Below, piece by piece: positions 63,223-64,000 of a stretch of 64,000 nucleotides of DNA. The notes below the pieces were generated by a model. The model did not search any database and had not been told where the DNA came from. It saw only the letters and a list, made by a program, of their open reading frames with translations. Every line of letters starts with the position of its first letter. Positions within the stretch are counted from its first letter, which is position 1. The stretch is from contig OZ024748.1 of assembly GCA_964016885.1 (NCBI GenBank), positions 26,784,001 to 26,848,000 on the forward strand, in the 5' to 3' direction. The position numbers and the translations under genes were made by a program. Source of the DNA: Eledone cirrhosa. Lineage: Eukaryota.

Positions 63223-64000
63223 ACATTTGTTAAGTTATGTTCTAAACAGTAAATTAAAGTTGGTTTATATTATATTACTAAACCCCTTTCACATTTATTA
63301 TTTTAAAGATTAAGTGAAAAATCATTAGTAGTGAGTTTTAATAGAAATCTGGAAATGAAATTACTAATGTTACAGATGAGCCCAAACATCATATCATGGC
63401 TATCATGGTTTGGAGAGGGAGAGGACAAAACAACAGGTTGGGCTCTCTGACAATGTAAGGAGGTGGGATTAAGAAGTAAATGTTTATTTCTGGGATACAA
63501 ATATAGCATTTCATTGAGATATTGAATTTCAGATGCCCTATTTAAGTTTTATGGCATTCCTCCAAAGTTCTAACAATAAAAAAAATATATATATATATGG
63601 TCTGATCCAGATTTCCAGATGGATTTTAAGCAAAGAAGTTTACATAATATTATTTATATAACATCTGTATAGTTTAATTAAATACATATTAATTTTCTAC
63701 AATCAATAAATAAATCACGAAACATCTTTGCCTTGTAACATTGTTGGGAGAATATCCTAAGCGATGGAGAGGGTTGTATGCTGTTATGACCTGTCACATG
63801 ACGTAGCATGGGTAAGTGTGAATTGTGTAGTGAAAAATACAGGCTTAGTAATTTTCTTAGTGCAGTCAGAACAAGAAGTGCCAAAACTAGGCTTGTCAGC
63901 TTGCCATACTATGAATTGGAATAATTTTATTTGGAAGAATGGGGTACACATTGTAAGGCTACCAACACATGCTGAATACCCAGGTGCACATTGTAGTGCT

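Overview
Repeat-dense, AT-rich, non-coding eukaryotic DNA. The SINE types, RTE LINEs with (GAT)n tails and extreme microsatellite load suggest an octopus/coleoid cephalopod genome (inference). I found no convincing host protein-coding exon, and nearly all ORF-track entries are microsatellite artefacts. The only real coding remnants are: two young 5'-truncated copies and one 3' fragment of an RTE-clade LINE (RT with a Cys/His finger insertion), one decayed RTE of a second family, and an internally deleted Helitron with a PIF1 helicase remnant and both termini. The window also holds tRNA-derived SINEs (CORE, Nin/Deu-like and Meta-like domains), hAT and TTAA/piggyBac-type MITEs, and several minisatellites that derive from TE parts. 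The best candidate for something new is an intact-core type I hammerhead ribozyme (8298-8339). It lies in a highly structured ~315-nt unit bounded by direct repeats (retrozyme/Penelope-LTR-like) and is joined to the truncation point of an RTE LINE. Also notable are back-to-back near-perfect fold-back elements at 52.7-53.5 kb and an unclassified CpG-rich element with a predicted H-type pseudoknot at 25-27.3 kb. Boundaries were read by eye and may be off by a few to tens of bases unless exact motifs are quoted.
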